DNA of 64,000 nt from Octopus sinensis (taxonomy: Eukaryota): contig NC_043021.1 in assembly GCF_006345805.1 (NCBI RefSeq), positions 27,776,001 to 27,840,000 of the forward strand, written 5' to 3'. This document shows, piece by piece, positions 39,449 to 51,306 of the stretch. Below the pieces are notes generated by a model that was not told where the DNA came from, searched no databases, and saw only the letters and a program-made list of their open reading frames with translations. The translations under genes were made by a program, and so were the position numbers. Each line of letters begins with the position of its first letter. The stretch's first letter is position 1.

Positions 39449-40025
39449 AATATATATTTTCATTTAGAGATAGTAGGCCCCTTCATCTCACCATATAAAA
39501 AAGAATTTTTATTTTAAATACCTACTATTTTATAACTTGGCTACACGTGTTTCATGTGGTACATTTCCCGGTTCCTAAACCACTCCGTGTTTTGCTGGAA
39601 CCATTCTTAAAATGTAACCCCAACCATCATTTTTTATTTGAATTTTTATTTGAATTATGCCTTGTACTGTAGGGCCAAGCAAACCTATTTTACACATACT
39701 TATGGGTTTAAAAAAATTAAAATACAGTTTATAGTATTGAACGATGAGAAAGTGATATAGGGCCTGATGATTGGGGTTACATTTTAAGAATAATTCCAGC
39801 AAAACACGGAGTGGTGTACGAACCGGGAAATGTACCACATGAAACACGTGTAGTCAAGTTATAAAGTAGTAGGTATTTAAAATAAAAATTCTTTTTATAT
39901 GGTGAGATGAAGGGGCCTACTATCTCTAAATGAAAATATATATATATTCATTTAGAGATAGTAGGCCCCTTCATCTCACCATATAAAAAAGAATTTTTAT
40001 TTTAAATACCTACTATTTTATAACT
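39449..40025. repeat. Fold-back element (39449-39628 / 39765-39943) plus a third partial arm (39949-40025)
   Basis: Direct inspection; the third segment is palindromic with the second across (AT)n. Confidence 0.9.
39761..39855 (+). ncRNA. Type-I hammerhead with long helix II
   Basis: GGC-CUGAUGA-U-UGGGGUUACAUUUU..GAAAUGUACCACA-U-GAA-ACACGUGU-A-GUC (GCC in the other arm). Confidence 0.7.
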
Positions 40026-40026
40026 A

Positions 40027-40302
40027 CGGACTCGCGGTCGTAGGATCGCGGTTTCGTTTCCCAGACCGGGCGATGTAAGTGTTTATTGAGCGAAAACACC
40101 TAAAGCTCCACGAGGCTATGGCAGAGGGTGGTGGCGGTCCCTGCTGTACTCTTTCGCCACAACTTCCTCTCACTATTTCTTCTGTTGGCCTGCTCACTTA
40201 GCCAGCGAGGTGGCGTCATTTGAAGGATAAAACAATGCGAAGTGCATTGTGACCAGCGATGTGTAGCAACGTCTGATAGCCTGGTCGGTCACGGTGATCA
40301 CG

Positions 40303-40306
<4 letters not shown>
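40027..40306 (+). mobile_element. tRNA-derived SINE (OR-like), 5' end clipped
   Basis: Reverse-complement homologue of 2326-2609. Confidence 0.8.
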
Positions 40307-40361
<55 letters not shown>

Positions 40362-40596
40362 TAGCAAGATATAAGTTAGAGGTATACAACCATTTAAGAA
40401 ATAGATGTATCCTTAGGCACTCCTGACGTATTACCTCGCCATGTATAGGCTAGCCATAAGGTATAAGGTAGTGGGTAATCTAAAGGTAAAAGCGCTGTTT
40501 AATATTTATAGTAAAGAAAGGAAATGGAGCAATAATTAACAATGAGAAGTTGATCATTGGTGTTAAAAAGTCATTATTTAATTGTAGTTCGGAATT

Positions 40597-40673
40597 ATTT
40601 ACAGCTGTTTCTGTTTATCAAATCGGAGTAAATTTACTTTTACCTCGTTACATTTAACACATATCTTCAGAAT
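40597..40673 (-). ncRNA. Type-I hammerhead with long helix II
   Basis: AUU-CUGAAGA-[~52 nt, folds UUAAAU/AUUUGA and GGUAAA/UUUACU]-GAA-ACAGCUGU-A-AAU. Confidence 0.6.
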
Positions 40674-41224
40674 GGTTTTAGAGGAAAAAGAAAGGCAAAG
40701 AAAAAGAAAGGCAAAGAAAAAGAAGAACAAGAAAAAGAAGAAAAAGTTCGTTAAGTCTTAGGGTTACATTTTAGTGACTTATTTGGTTCCACGTATTCGT
40801 AGTTTCCTTCATTAGATGCATGGGGCAGTCAGTAGGGATAATGACTGCAAATGAATCCGAACAACAATTAACCTATGATCTATTAATACCAATGATCCAC
40901 TTCTCCATTTCCTTTCTTTACCATATCTGTGTGTGTGTGTACGTGTGTGTGTATACAGCCTTCGACAGAGTAACAGTCATGTATACAACTTGAACAGACA
41001 CACATATCAGTACACAAGCATAGGTTCACATGTACATGCACACATACACACATACAGACACGTCTACATACTTACATACGTAATTACTCACATACATACA
41101 TACATACATACATACATACATACATACATACATACATACATACATACATACATAAGTACATACATACATACATACAAACATACATTATACATACATAAAT
41201 ACGTACATATATATCATGAACTAA

Positions 41225-41440
41225 CAGTTAATTTCTCAGATGCAGCACGGAAATTTGTCAGTGAACAGGTCGCGGTCTTAAAGCGCAAAAATATTTTGGA
41301 AAATTAAATTTAAATGTTGAAGTGAATCTAACGGTTTTTGTGTGTTTTAAAATGGGTTATAAGTACCTTCCACGATGTAATTGTTTTTGTTTCAGCACAC
41401 GATCTCATATCAGGTCACATGCTATGCAAGTAATTCTCCG
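41225..41440 (+). repeat. Single copy of the repeat family at 45643-45975 and 1-100, carrying a decayed G3-C8 hammerhead (41254-41303)
   Basis: Shared 'tttgtcagtgaacaggtcgcggtc...gaagtgaatctaacgg...ttgctatgcaagt'. Confidence 0.75.
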
Positions 41441-41511
<71 letters not shown>

Positions 41512-41643
41512 TACACCCCCCCCCCCACACACACGCTCTTTCTTACCATAAGTAATGCAGCATCTTACACTAGCAGACAGACAGTAAAATTCTCATACTC
41601 TGCAACATCAAACCTCTCATCTATCTATCTATCTATCTAAAAC

Positions 41644-41684
<41 letters not shown>

Positions 41685-42031
41685 TATTATTATTATTATT
41701 ATTGTTATTATTATTATTATTATAATTATTATTATTATTACTATCCCATAATTTTACATATGACATATGAAAAATTTATAATCTATGTATGCATTTAAAA
41801 AACATTCACTCGTGTTCAATCAATTGGCTCTCTTTAATACAATTGTACTATGATTTTCATAGTCAGAATTGTGTGCAGTTAAAGAAACCAGCGAAATAGC
41901 TTGTTTACGAACAATCCTTAATAATAGCGGTTAAAACGTAGGGTGGTTGATAAGATATTTGAAATTTCTAGATTCATTGTTTCTGTGATGGAAATCCATT
42001 TCCAGAAACGAGTCCCTAAATTTAAAATAAA

Positions 42032-42208
42032 ACATTATTTACATTATCTACATTTGACGGATATTTGTCCTCATCTTGTTTGTTGTTAACACAACGTTTC
42101 AGCTGATATACCCCCCAGCCTTCATCAAACAAGATGAGAATAAATATCCGCCAAATATAAATAATGTAAATAATGTACACAATTCCTCATCTCTTAAATA
42201 TAGAACTG
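42032..42208. repeat. Short fold-back (42032-42082 / 42126-42176) whose loop is a 5'-clipped hammerhead (42088-42127, minus)
   Basis: Minus loop: (C)UGAUGA-A-GGCUG-GGGGGUAUAU-CAGCU-GAA-ACGU-U-GUGUU; same family at 43690-43860 and 52445-52530. Confidence 0.75.
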
Positions 42209-42257
42209 TTTAAAATACAAGTTAATTATCATTCCAGCCATACATCCATTTATTTAT

Positions 42258-42333
42258 CCATATACCCGTGGGTGTAGTGGTTAAGAGCGCAGACCACAAA
42301 CCCCAAGATTCCGAGTTGGATTCCAGGCTGTGA

Positions 42334-42336
<3 letters not shown>
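42258..42336 (+). mobile_element. Short tRNA-like SINE head followed directly by (AAT)n
   Basis: A-box 'tagtggttaag', B-box 'gttggattcc'; no full cloverleaf. Confidence 0.55.
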
Positions 42337-42418
<82 letters not shown>

Positions 42419-43452
42419 ATTGCTACAATTGGCCTAGACACCTACCTGAAAAACTATGCGAACTGGATGTTAAAACTTGTGTCAAAACATGAAAACAAGA
42501 AAGCATCATACTCAGTCACGAAACAGGCAAAGGAATATCTAAGTGAATTCCGAATACAACCAATTTCGGAATTAGAGATAGACATACAAGAAACAAGCAC
42601 AGAAAAAGCTAGGCGCATGAAAACCCGTGCCAAAACTGCGGCCTTAGATATTCTGAATAATAAATGGCAAGAAAAACCTCTCTATGGCAAATACCCAAAG
42701 AGAGCGAATAATGCAGATATCGACAAAGCCCTGACCATCAATGGCTAATGGCCTCTGGCTTAAAATCTGAAACAGAGGGGTTTATCATAGCAGCTCAAGA
42801 TCAATGCCTACCAACAAGAAACTACCAGGCCAACATATTAAAGAACGGCAGTAGCCCAACATGTCGTGTATGCCGACAACAAAATGAAACCATTGACCAT
42901 GTTGTCTCCAAATGCAGTCTTCTAGCGCCTACAGAGTACATCAGTAGGCATGATAGAGCTGCACAATATATTCACTGGGTAATTTGCAAAAACCTGGATT
43001 TGCCCCATGAAAAAAACTGGTGGGAACACAATCCACCTCCTGTGCTTGAAAATGACCACATCTCACTCCTCTGGAACGTCACCATTCAAACTGACAGGAA
43101 GATAGATGCAAATAGGCCAGACATTATATTGAAAGACTTCAGACAAAGAACATGCCTCCTCCTTGATATGACTGTCCCAATCGATATAAACGTATCTGTC
43201 AAGACCTACCAAAAACTGAGCAAATATAAAGATCTTGAAATAGAAATCAGCAAAATGTGGAAGCTGAAGACTAAAACAATACCTGTTGTCATAGGTGCTC
43301 TGGGAATGATAGCGAAAGGGACTGATTGCTACCTAACTCAGATACCAGGAAACCCCAAAATGGCAGAAATTCAAAAGATAGTGTTCATGGGAACTGCTCA
43401 TATCCTACGCAAAATACTCTCTATGTAATCCCAAGGTTTAAAACAAACATTT

Positions 43453-43497
<45 letters not shown>

Positions 43498-43636
43498 TGT
43501 ATTAGACATTCACTAGTACAATACCAAAAAAAAAAACCCAAATATATGGCACAGAACTTCCAACCTGTTGTCTCTTGAGGTCTCTGGGTGAGCCTTGGAG
43601 CCAACTTGTACAGACATAAAGCAAAAGTCAAACATA

Positions 43637-43637
<1 letters not shown>
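42419..43637 (+). mobile_element. R4/Dong-clade non-LTR retrotransposon, 5'-truncated (zinc knuckle + restriction-like endonuclease)
   Basis: ORF 42748-43428: LKSETEGFIIAAQDQ, CRVC..ETIDHVVSKC (CCHC), RHD, NRPDIIL..LLDMTVP (PD..D RLE), KYKDL, GTAHILRKILS; one frameshift near 42748; (AAT)n on both sides. Confidence 0.92.
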
Positions 43638-43672
<35 letters not shown>

Positions 43673-43721
43673 CATCGAAAGATACCTTAGGAATGAGAAC
43701 CTAGGTTCGAAATTTCCCCAA

Positions 43722-43767
43722 GGCACCTGATGAAGGCTGGAGGGTATATCAGCCAAAATGTTGTGTT
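43722..43767 (+). ncRNA. Minimal hammerhead motif, decayed (GAAAC to AAAAU)
   Basis: GGCAC-CUGAUGA-A-GGCUG-GAGGGUAUAU-CAGCC-AAAAUGU-U-GUGUU. Confidence 0.55.
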
Positions 43768-43887
43768 AACAGCAAACAGCAAACAAGGTGAGGACAAATA
43801 TCCGTCAAATGTAAATAATGTAAATAATGTACTTAATTCCTCATCTCTTAAATATAGAACTGTAATATACATACCTATGCACATATT

Positions 43888-43927
<40 letters not shown>

Positions 43928-44757
43928 TCCCTCCGACATCGCTTGACAACCGCTGCTGGTGTGTGTATGTCTCTGTAACTTAGCGGTTCAGAACAAGAGA
44001 ACGATCGAATAAATACTAGGTTTACAAAGAATAATTTCTGGGGTCGATTCCTTCAGCCTAAACCCTTTAAGGTGATGCTTCTTCATGGCTGCAGTCAAGT
44101 GACTAAAGCAAGTAAAAGAATATATAACTCTATAATATTCCTATAATATAGGATGTCAGAAAATTTCCAATGAGAGCTCGTGCCTGTTCGAACCTCAAAG
44201 AAGACAGGAATTCTGCTGGTGTAGAAAATGCAGGTATCACGAAGTCAAGTCCAATGTGTTGGTCTGGCAAAGATTTAAATATGATCCAAATATAAGAAGA
44301 CAAAGAAGGAGTATAGCTCATCTTTGATAACCAGTTACAACTTTTTTGGCACCGCTCTGTTTTTAACGCTATCGCACAGAAAAGTGCCGCGTGAGCAGTA
44401 ATATTTGGGATTTAATACGTTGGGGTTGGCACATCACCAGTCTTGCGTCGAAAGGTGTGGTCTTACGTTTTGGAACTGTTACTTAAACACACACACACAC
44501 ACACACATACACACACACATGCCTTAAAAGACCAGAAGGTATGAGAGGTGAATATATTTATATAACCTCTTGGCATCATTATTATTACAGCCGTTTCGCA
44601 GCTTTCAACATGCAGTGAAAAGTTTTAGTGTATAACACAGTATTTTAGATATATACACCGGTGTGCATAGTCAGAAAATACATATATACAATCCCATATA
44701 TCTGTCTGAAAGTATACATTTAATATACAATGTACAAATGTACACACACACACACAC

Positions 44758-44794
<37 letters not shown>

Positions 44795-45167
44795 CATGTA
44801 TATGTGTGTCTGCTTCATTTGTGTGTACGTATAAATATATTTTTCATACGTAGATCTATAGGACTTACTCACAACTTCACATATAATATTTTCTTTGTAC
44901 ATACAACATAAAATCTATCGAAATTTGATAGAAGTGGATATGTAAGTACTTCCAGTAATCAATATTCTAATAACAAATGTTATTCAACAAATTCTGAAAG
45001 GGTAAATGTTGTAGCGAACACAAAGTAAAGCATGTAAAACAGATGTAAACGGCTAAAGCAGCTGAAAATACAAGACGAGGATGTTTGTTGACAAAAGAGA
45101 TCCTAAGTTTCTATTGAAATTGAAATTGATGTACAACCCATGCTAGCATGGAAAACGGACGCTAAAC

Positions 45168-45198
<31 letters not shown>

Positions 45199-45344
45199 TA
45201 CAATGATAGGTATTTTAAAAATCGTTCACTCACAGAGTCAGTAACTTCATGCAAACATGGATGTCTTATATACGTATGTATACATAGAAACATACATACA
45301 TGTGCGTGTATAAGCACATACATGCAAACATACATACATGTATG

Positions 45345-45375
<31 letters not shown>

Positions 45376-45379
45376 ATAT

Positions 45380-45410
<31 letters not shown>

Positions 45411-45469
45411 CATATATACATATATGCATACACATATATATATGTATACGTGTGTATGTATATATACAC

Positions 45470-45523
<54 letters not shown>

Positions 45524-45539
45524 TATATATTGAAGTGAA

Positions 45540-45584
<45 letters not shown>

Positions 45585-45642
45585 GTACATACACACAAAT
45601 GCACACACACATATATACACATACATATACATATATATTAGA

Positions 45643-45916
45643 CAATTACAGCGTGGAAGGCATTCATAAGTCATTTAAGAAACACACAAAACCGTTAGAT
45701 TCACTTCAAAATATAAATTTAATTTGCCAAAATATTTCCGTCGCTTTGAGACCGCGACCTGTTCACTAACAAAATTCGTGCTGCATTTGTCAGTGAATAG
45801 GTTGCAGTCTCAAAGTGACGAAAATATTTTGGCAAATTAAATTTATATTTTGAAGTGAATCTAACGGTTTTGTGCTTCTCTGAAATGACTTATAAACACC
45901 GTCCACGCTGCAATTG
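45643..45916. repeat. Fold-back: ~131 bp arms (45643-45773 / 45786-45916), 12 nt loop
   Basis: Direct inspection. Confidence 0.9.
45723..45836. ncRNA. Two opposed hammerhead motifs with G3-C8 core (45723-45773 minus; 45786-45836 plus)
   Basis: Consensus UUUGUCA-GUGAACA-G-GUCGC-GGUCUCAAA-GCGAC-GAA-AAUAUU-U-UGGCAAA; each copy carries private lesions (A13G in the left arm, C8U in the right). Confidence 0.6.
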
Positions 45917-45984
45917 TTTTTGTTCCAGCGCACGATCTCAGATCAGGTCACTTGCTATGCAAGTTTATCTCCGTGATATATATA

Positions 45985-47023
45985 TTAGGTTGTCCGGAAA
46001 GTTCTGAGCGTTTTTTGATATGCAAACAGGGGTATAATTGATCTTTCAATAAATGTTATTCAATGAAATAATTTCCATTATTATCAATGAACTTTGCACA
46101 TATATCAGGCAACTTAAATATTTTATCAGCATAAGATTTGACTGGTTTTGAAGAAAAAAGTTATCTAGGTGCATTGTGACTCCATGTAAATCGTTAAATG
46201 TTTTTCCTTGCAATAAGTTCTCTAGACAAAAACAAGTTGCAGTCGGATGGTGCAATACCCGGAGAATATGGTGGATGGGGTAAGCGATGCAAACCAAGTT
46301 CGTGTATCTTTGTTCGCTTAGCCAAAGACGCAAACAGCTGCATCTTTTTCGCACCACGTTTTCGTATACCATCCATTTTCCTCTACAGTCGCAAGTTGTT
46401 TCAAAGCAGGTATGCCTTCTTTCCGTTTCAAAAGCATATCACAAACGGAATACCGGTCCAAGCAGTTTCTTTCAGAGAGTTTGTGAGGGACACATACATT
46501 ATAGTGAGTATTGTATCTTAGCTTCACTAGATGTTCGTGAGCCGTAGTTTTAGAAACTTCCAACTCTTCTGCCAGTTCTGCAGTCGTGATATTTGAGCTT
46601 TCTTAGAATGTTGCCTTCAAATCACCTTCATTCAATTTTAAGGGTCTTCTAATGTAACTATCATCTTCAAAGCTAAACTCTCCAGCTTTAAATTTTGCAA
46701 GCTACCTTTGAACAATTGATTCACCTACAGCATATTTATCATAAATTTCACAAGTGTTTTGCAAGTCTTTGCAGGATTTTCTCTTTTTTTCAAAAACAGA
46801 AAAGCATTACAACACGAATATGAAACTGTTAGTTATCCATTTCAAATGTCAATAAAGAGTTACGGGAATGAAAGATATATCTATTTTTAATGAAGAACGA
46901 AGAAGAGATGCACTACCACTTCAAGTAACACCAAAGTTTTAACTGTGTTGTGTTTCAGGTGTGTCCAATGCAGCATTAAAAATATTTAACTTAAAAACTC
47001 TCAGAACTTGCCGGACAACCTAA
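45985..47023 (-). mobile_element. Mariner transposon, internally deleted, both TIRs and TA TSD present
   Basis: TIRs ttaggttgtccggaaagttctgag / ctcagaacttgccggacaacctaa flanked by TA; remnants VSKTTAHEHLVKL...CVPHKLSERN and LPHPPYSPGIAPSDCNLF. Confidence 0.92.
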
Positions 47024-47134
47024 TATATATATAGTTAATCGAAACATGAAAACACAAAGAGAAAACACAACAACGCGAGGACGTGGAACAAGTATAGTGT
47101 TATTGGACGCTCAGGAAAGCAGGAAAGAAGGAGG

Positions 47135-47169
47135 ATTTAACGTTTCGAGCTGAGCTTTTCGTCAGAAAT
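47135..47169 (-). ncRNA. Minimal hammerhead motif
   Basis: AUUU-CUGACGA-A-AAGC-UCA-GCUC-GAA-ACGU-U-AAAU; the outer helix-I pair is A-U here versus G-C at 24619. Confidence 0.65.
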
Positions 47170-47986
47170 GTAGGAAAAGGAAAGATCCAAAGACGGAGGA
47201 GAAAAACCGCCAACGGTACACACGCAGTCACATTTTGAATAAATATATATATATATGCATGTATGTATGTATATATTAGAGACAGACATTGTCTGTATAG
47301 AATACACATCGTAGTACTCAAGATATTTAAACTTAAGCAGGGAGAGGAGTAAATGTAAGGAGAAGCAAAGTCGATATGCAAAAAGTATTAAGTAATACAA
47401 AGAAATGTACAGATGTTTACATGTAAAAAGGTCCGAATTACACAGAATGGAAATGATATGATGAGTTAAAGGGGTCGAACAAGAGATTTACGAGTCCAAC
47501 AGCTGTTTCTTAGGGTTTGGTGGTTCAAAATAATGATTGTAAATTGATTCCATCATCGGATAATACCAATCTGCGTCTTCTGGGAAGAATTTTACATTTG
47601 AGGTGTTGACAGAATGAAGTTTAAATATGGAATAATTTTGTGGAGAACTAAGTGTATTAGAAAGAGGAGTTGCTGGGGGGGGGGATTTAGAGAGAGAGAG
47701 AGAGAGAGAGAGTAGTGGAAGGAGAAAACGAATTTCAGGGTTAGGGTTTATAATGAGGCTAGTCATAATAATAGAGGCAGAAAGTGGGAGGAAGAAGGAA
47801 GAGAGTGGTTTAGACAGTGAATGGGGACCTTTTTGTTAATTTGTATGAAGGCGATTTAAGGTTTGAGTGGAAATGGGGATGGCTATTATATGTGTGTGTG
47901 TGTGTGTAAGTGTGTGTGTATGTGTGTGTGTATGTGTGTGTGTGTATGTATCTGTATTACTATTTGCATATATATTTTTTATATTT

Positions 47987-48395
47987 TACTTGTTTCAGTC
48001 ATTAGGATACGGCCATGCTGGAGTACAGCCTTGAAGACTTTTAGTTGAACGCATCGACACCAGGTCTTACTTTCTTAAGCCTGGTACGTATTCTATCGAT
48101 TTATTTGTCGTACCGTTAAGTTACAGCGACGTAAACACAACACCAGTTGTCAAGCGCTGTGGGCGACAGAGACACAATGGCATAGACACACGCATATAAG
48201 TATGCGTGTGTATGTGATTGTGTGTATACACATATATACGAAAGGATTATTTCAGGTTTTGCCTACCAAATCCACTTACAAAAATTTGTCGGTCCAGTGC
48301 TATAGTAGAAGACACTTGTCGGAGGTGTTATGCTGTGGGACTGAACTCGGAACAATTTGATTTTGAAGCAAACTTTTGACCACATACCCACGCCT
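47987..48395 (-). mobile_element. CORE-like tRNA SINE
   Basis: Reverse homologue of 49196-49560. Confidence 0.75.
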
Positions 48396-48416
48396 ATACA
48401 TACATGTAAGTTCCTT

Positions 48417-48625
48417 AGCTCATAAGGGCCGGTTTCCCCGGTTTCCTTGGCGTATATGTTCCCCACCTGGTGAGCTGCAAGATGCAGGGGGAAAGAGTGA
48501 GAGAAAGTTGTTGCAAAAGAGTCAGCAGAAGTTCGCCATTACTTTCTGCAGGAGCCGCGAGGAGCTTAGGTGTTTCGCTCATAAACACTCACATCACCCG
48601 GTCTGAGATTCGAACCCACGATCCT
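48417..48625 (-). mobile_element. tRNA-derived SINE (OR-like)
   Basis: Homologous to 31338-31612. Confidence 0.75.
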
Positions 48626-48789
48626 TGGACACACACGAAAATTTATGTAAATATTTTTATACAATGTTTTCCCCACATGCATTTCGTCACTGTCATTGTT
48701 TGGAAATCAGCTTTTGCTGTTCCAAGTTACAGTCGGGTTTTTAAACATAATTACATAATTACTTGATACAACAGTAGCAAACAGAGCGT

Positions 48790-49051
48790 CGACTGCGGGG
48801 TGATTCCGAAAAGCTCTATCTGCGACGATTTCATCTCAATCGAAGGAGAGGGGCTTTCTCCGTCCGGGTTGCGGATCCGTGGAATAAGCTGCCGGACGAG
48901 ATGGTGAAGATGTCGACGACCGCTCGGTTAAAAGTCTCCCTTGACCACAAGTGGCCTGAAGTCTTTACATGAACACCACCCTGTACATAACTCCATGTCC
49001 CCCTACATGGCCTTGCTTTTTGCTTTTTGAGCCAAAAATTAAGTAAGTAAG

Positions 49052-49091
<40 letters not shown>

Positions 49092-49092
49092 A
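48790..49092 (+). mobile_element. CR1-clade LINE 3' fragment with (TAAC)n tail
   Basis: LRGDSEKLYLRRFHLNRRR / AFSVRVADPWNKLPDEMV...LKVSLD, then UTR and (TAAC)n. Confidence 0.85.
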
Positions 49093-49195
49093 AACACCCT
49101 GTACCGGAAGCAGACTGCTTGATGTTAGTCCTAAACTCAATTGTAGAATTCGTACATGTATCTATGCATACAGAATTACTATAAGCATTTATATA

Positions 49196-49559
49196 GGCGC
49201 AGGAGTGGCTGTGTGGTAAGTTGCTTGCTTACCAACAACATAGTTGCGTGGCACCTTGGGTAAGTATCTTCTACTATAGCCTTCGGAGTGGATTTGGTAG
49301 ACGGAAACTGAAAGAAGCACGTCGTATATATGTATGTGTGTGTGTATGTGTTTGTGTGTCTGTTTTGTTCCTTCCCCCCAACATCGCTTGACAACCGATG
49401 CTGGTGTGTTTATGTCCCCATAACTTAGCGGTTCGGCAAAAGACACCGATAGAATAAGTACTAGGCTTACAAAGAATAAGTCCTGGTGTCGATTTGCTCG
49501 ACTAAAGGCGGTGCTCCAGCATGGCCACAGTCAAATGACTGAAACAAATAAAAGAGTAA

Positions 49560-49560
<1 letters not shown>
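49196..49560 (+). mobile_element. CORE-like tRNA SINE, near full length
   Basis: 'ggcgcaggagtggctgtgtggtaag...gcaccttgggtaagtatc'; tail ends 'gactgaaacaaataaaaga'. Confidence 0.85.
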
Positions 49561-49622
<62 letters not shown>

Positions 49623-50973
49623 TAGAGAGAGAGAGAGAGAGAGTATTCAGATGTGCAGAATGCGTGCCGTTTAGAGTTCCAGCAAGTAAAGTATCGATTG
49701 TTGTCTTTTGTTTCGTCGAATGTTTATGTTACTTTGAATATTTATGGAATTCATAATAACATAAAAATAGTTTTAGAATTTTGTTGTTCTTTTGAAGATA
49801 AATTGTAGTTCTTCCTCCTATTAACCTCATACTTGTTATCAGATTTACATGAGGATTTTTCATTTGACTTACTAATAAACAAATTGAACGAATCATGTTA
49901 TTAATTTGTTTGTGGCGGGAAAATATGACAAAGATGGCGATGGGAGCTAATATTTTCGATCGCTCATATTTGTTAAATTAGACAGACAGTAAAATATGCA
50001 TGAAACAGCGCGAAAATTAGAGGCAAAAACAATGAGACCTTATTTGTTCTATGTGCAATTGAGTCGAAATATCTACAGGACTGACAGAATCAGTTTTTCT
50101 CTTTCTTCAGTTTATTTTAGACCATCAAAATATTGTTAGATAAAATCTGCAGATTTGATGTTAAAATGCGGAATATAATATTTACTTTTTATTCCCTTTC
50201 CGTTTCAAAAACTATAGTATTTGTATCTTCCTTCCGGGGATCTTTTTCGTCTGTGTTTTTTCTTTAATTATATTTTCTGTTTTCAGCACATTTGTAATTG
50301 ATACTGGTCATATATTCTCAAGGAACATTGATTTCATTCTTTCGCTGGAAAATCGATTAAAAAATGTTAATACAAAACAAATAAGAAAACAGCCACAACA
50401 ACAACAAAATTCTCCGATAATCAAGGAGGCGAGATAAAACGAGTGAGCGAACTCGGAATATGGATCCTGAAGAAGAAATATCAAAACATTTGATTTTAAA
50501 CTCATAAACTTTGACAAGTTCAAAGACGAAAATCAATGCAAGAAGTGTTTTTGTATCTTGGAATCATTCAGCTGCAAATCTTTCACTTAATTAGTCAGAG
50601 ATTAATTTCTTGATAGGATGGACATTATGTTAAATCACATCCCATTTCTATCATTTCAGGTATTTCGGGGGCTGTTGAAATCATTTTTAAAAAGCAGGTG
50701 TAGCATGTAATTTTTTTGTGCTTGAACAAGCATTTGAAATGAACAATTTTAGGTGAAGAAATCTGATGTGGAATCTAAAATTTTAATTTTACTGAATATG
50801 TCGCTTAATAGTTTGTAATATCTTTTTTTCTTTTTGTTTTAGAATCTTTAGAACAATCGTATCGTTTTTAGATGATTGCTTCAGAACAGTACCAATTCCA
50901 TTATTTTAGTAAACGGAAATAATTGTATATTAAATGCAACATCCTTGATTTTAGTGTTACGCGTGACTTATAA

Positions 50974-51306
50974 CTAGTGCTTTCTCTCAAAGCTCTTCGT
51001 AATCCGAAACCCTTGGTTCGCACTTTGGTACGACGCATTCCTTCTGAATATATTAAAACGGTTACAAACTGCGCTGTTCTTTTCAGCTTTCTGACTGGAT
51101 ATAGCTTCGAGCTGTCGTATGGACCGTTGATATGCTTCGTTTAGTAAGTACTGAATCTCACCTGTGACTAATGTACATGAGATTTGTCACTAATCCTTTC
51201 TCAAAATGGTATCAGTCGCCTTAAAATTCTTCATTGCGTCATTAAGAACGTCTCCTAACGACTGCTCATTTTCTTGAAGGATACAGTATATTTCAACAAC
51301 CAACAA
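50974..51306 (-). mobile_element. Possible MULE-type transposase remnant
   Basis: One frame of ~110 codons broken only by adjacent TAG TGA: VVEIYCILQENEQSLGDVLNDAMKNFKATDTILRKD**QISC..EIQYLLNE, reminiscent of the MULE DDE middle region (from recall). Confidence 0.3.

Noticed and set aside
42748-43428. Longest ORF (226 aa) as a host gene
   Set aside because: CCHC plus PD..D endonuclease motifs and the flanks identify it as a LINE fragment.
51087-51143. Plus-strand exon with ttttcag / gtaagt sites
   Set aside because: Lies antisense within a longer probable transposase remnant; no supporting evidence.
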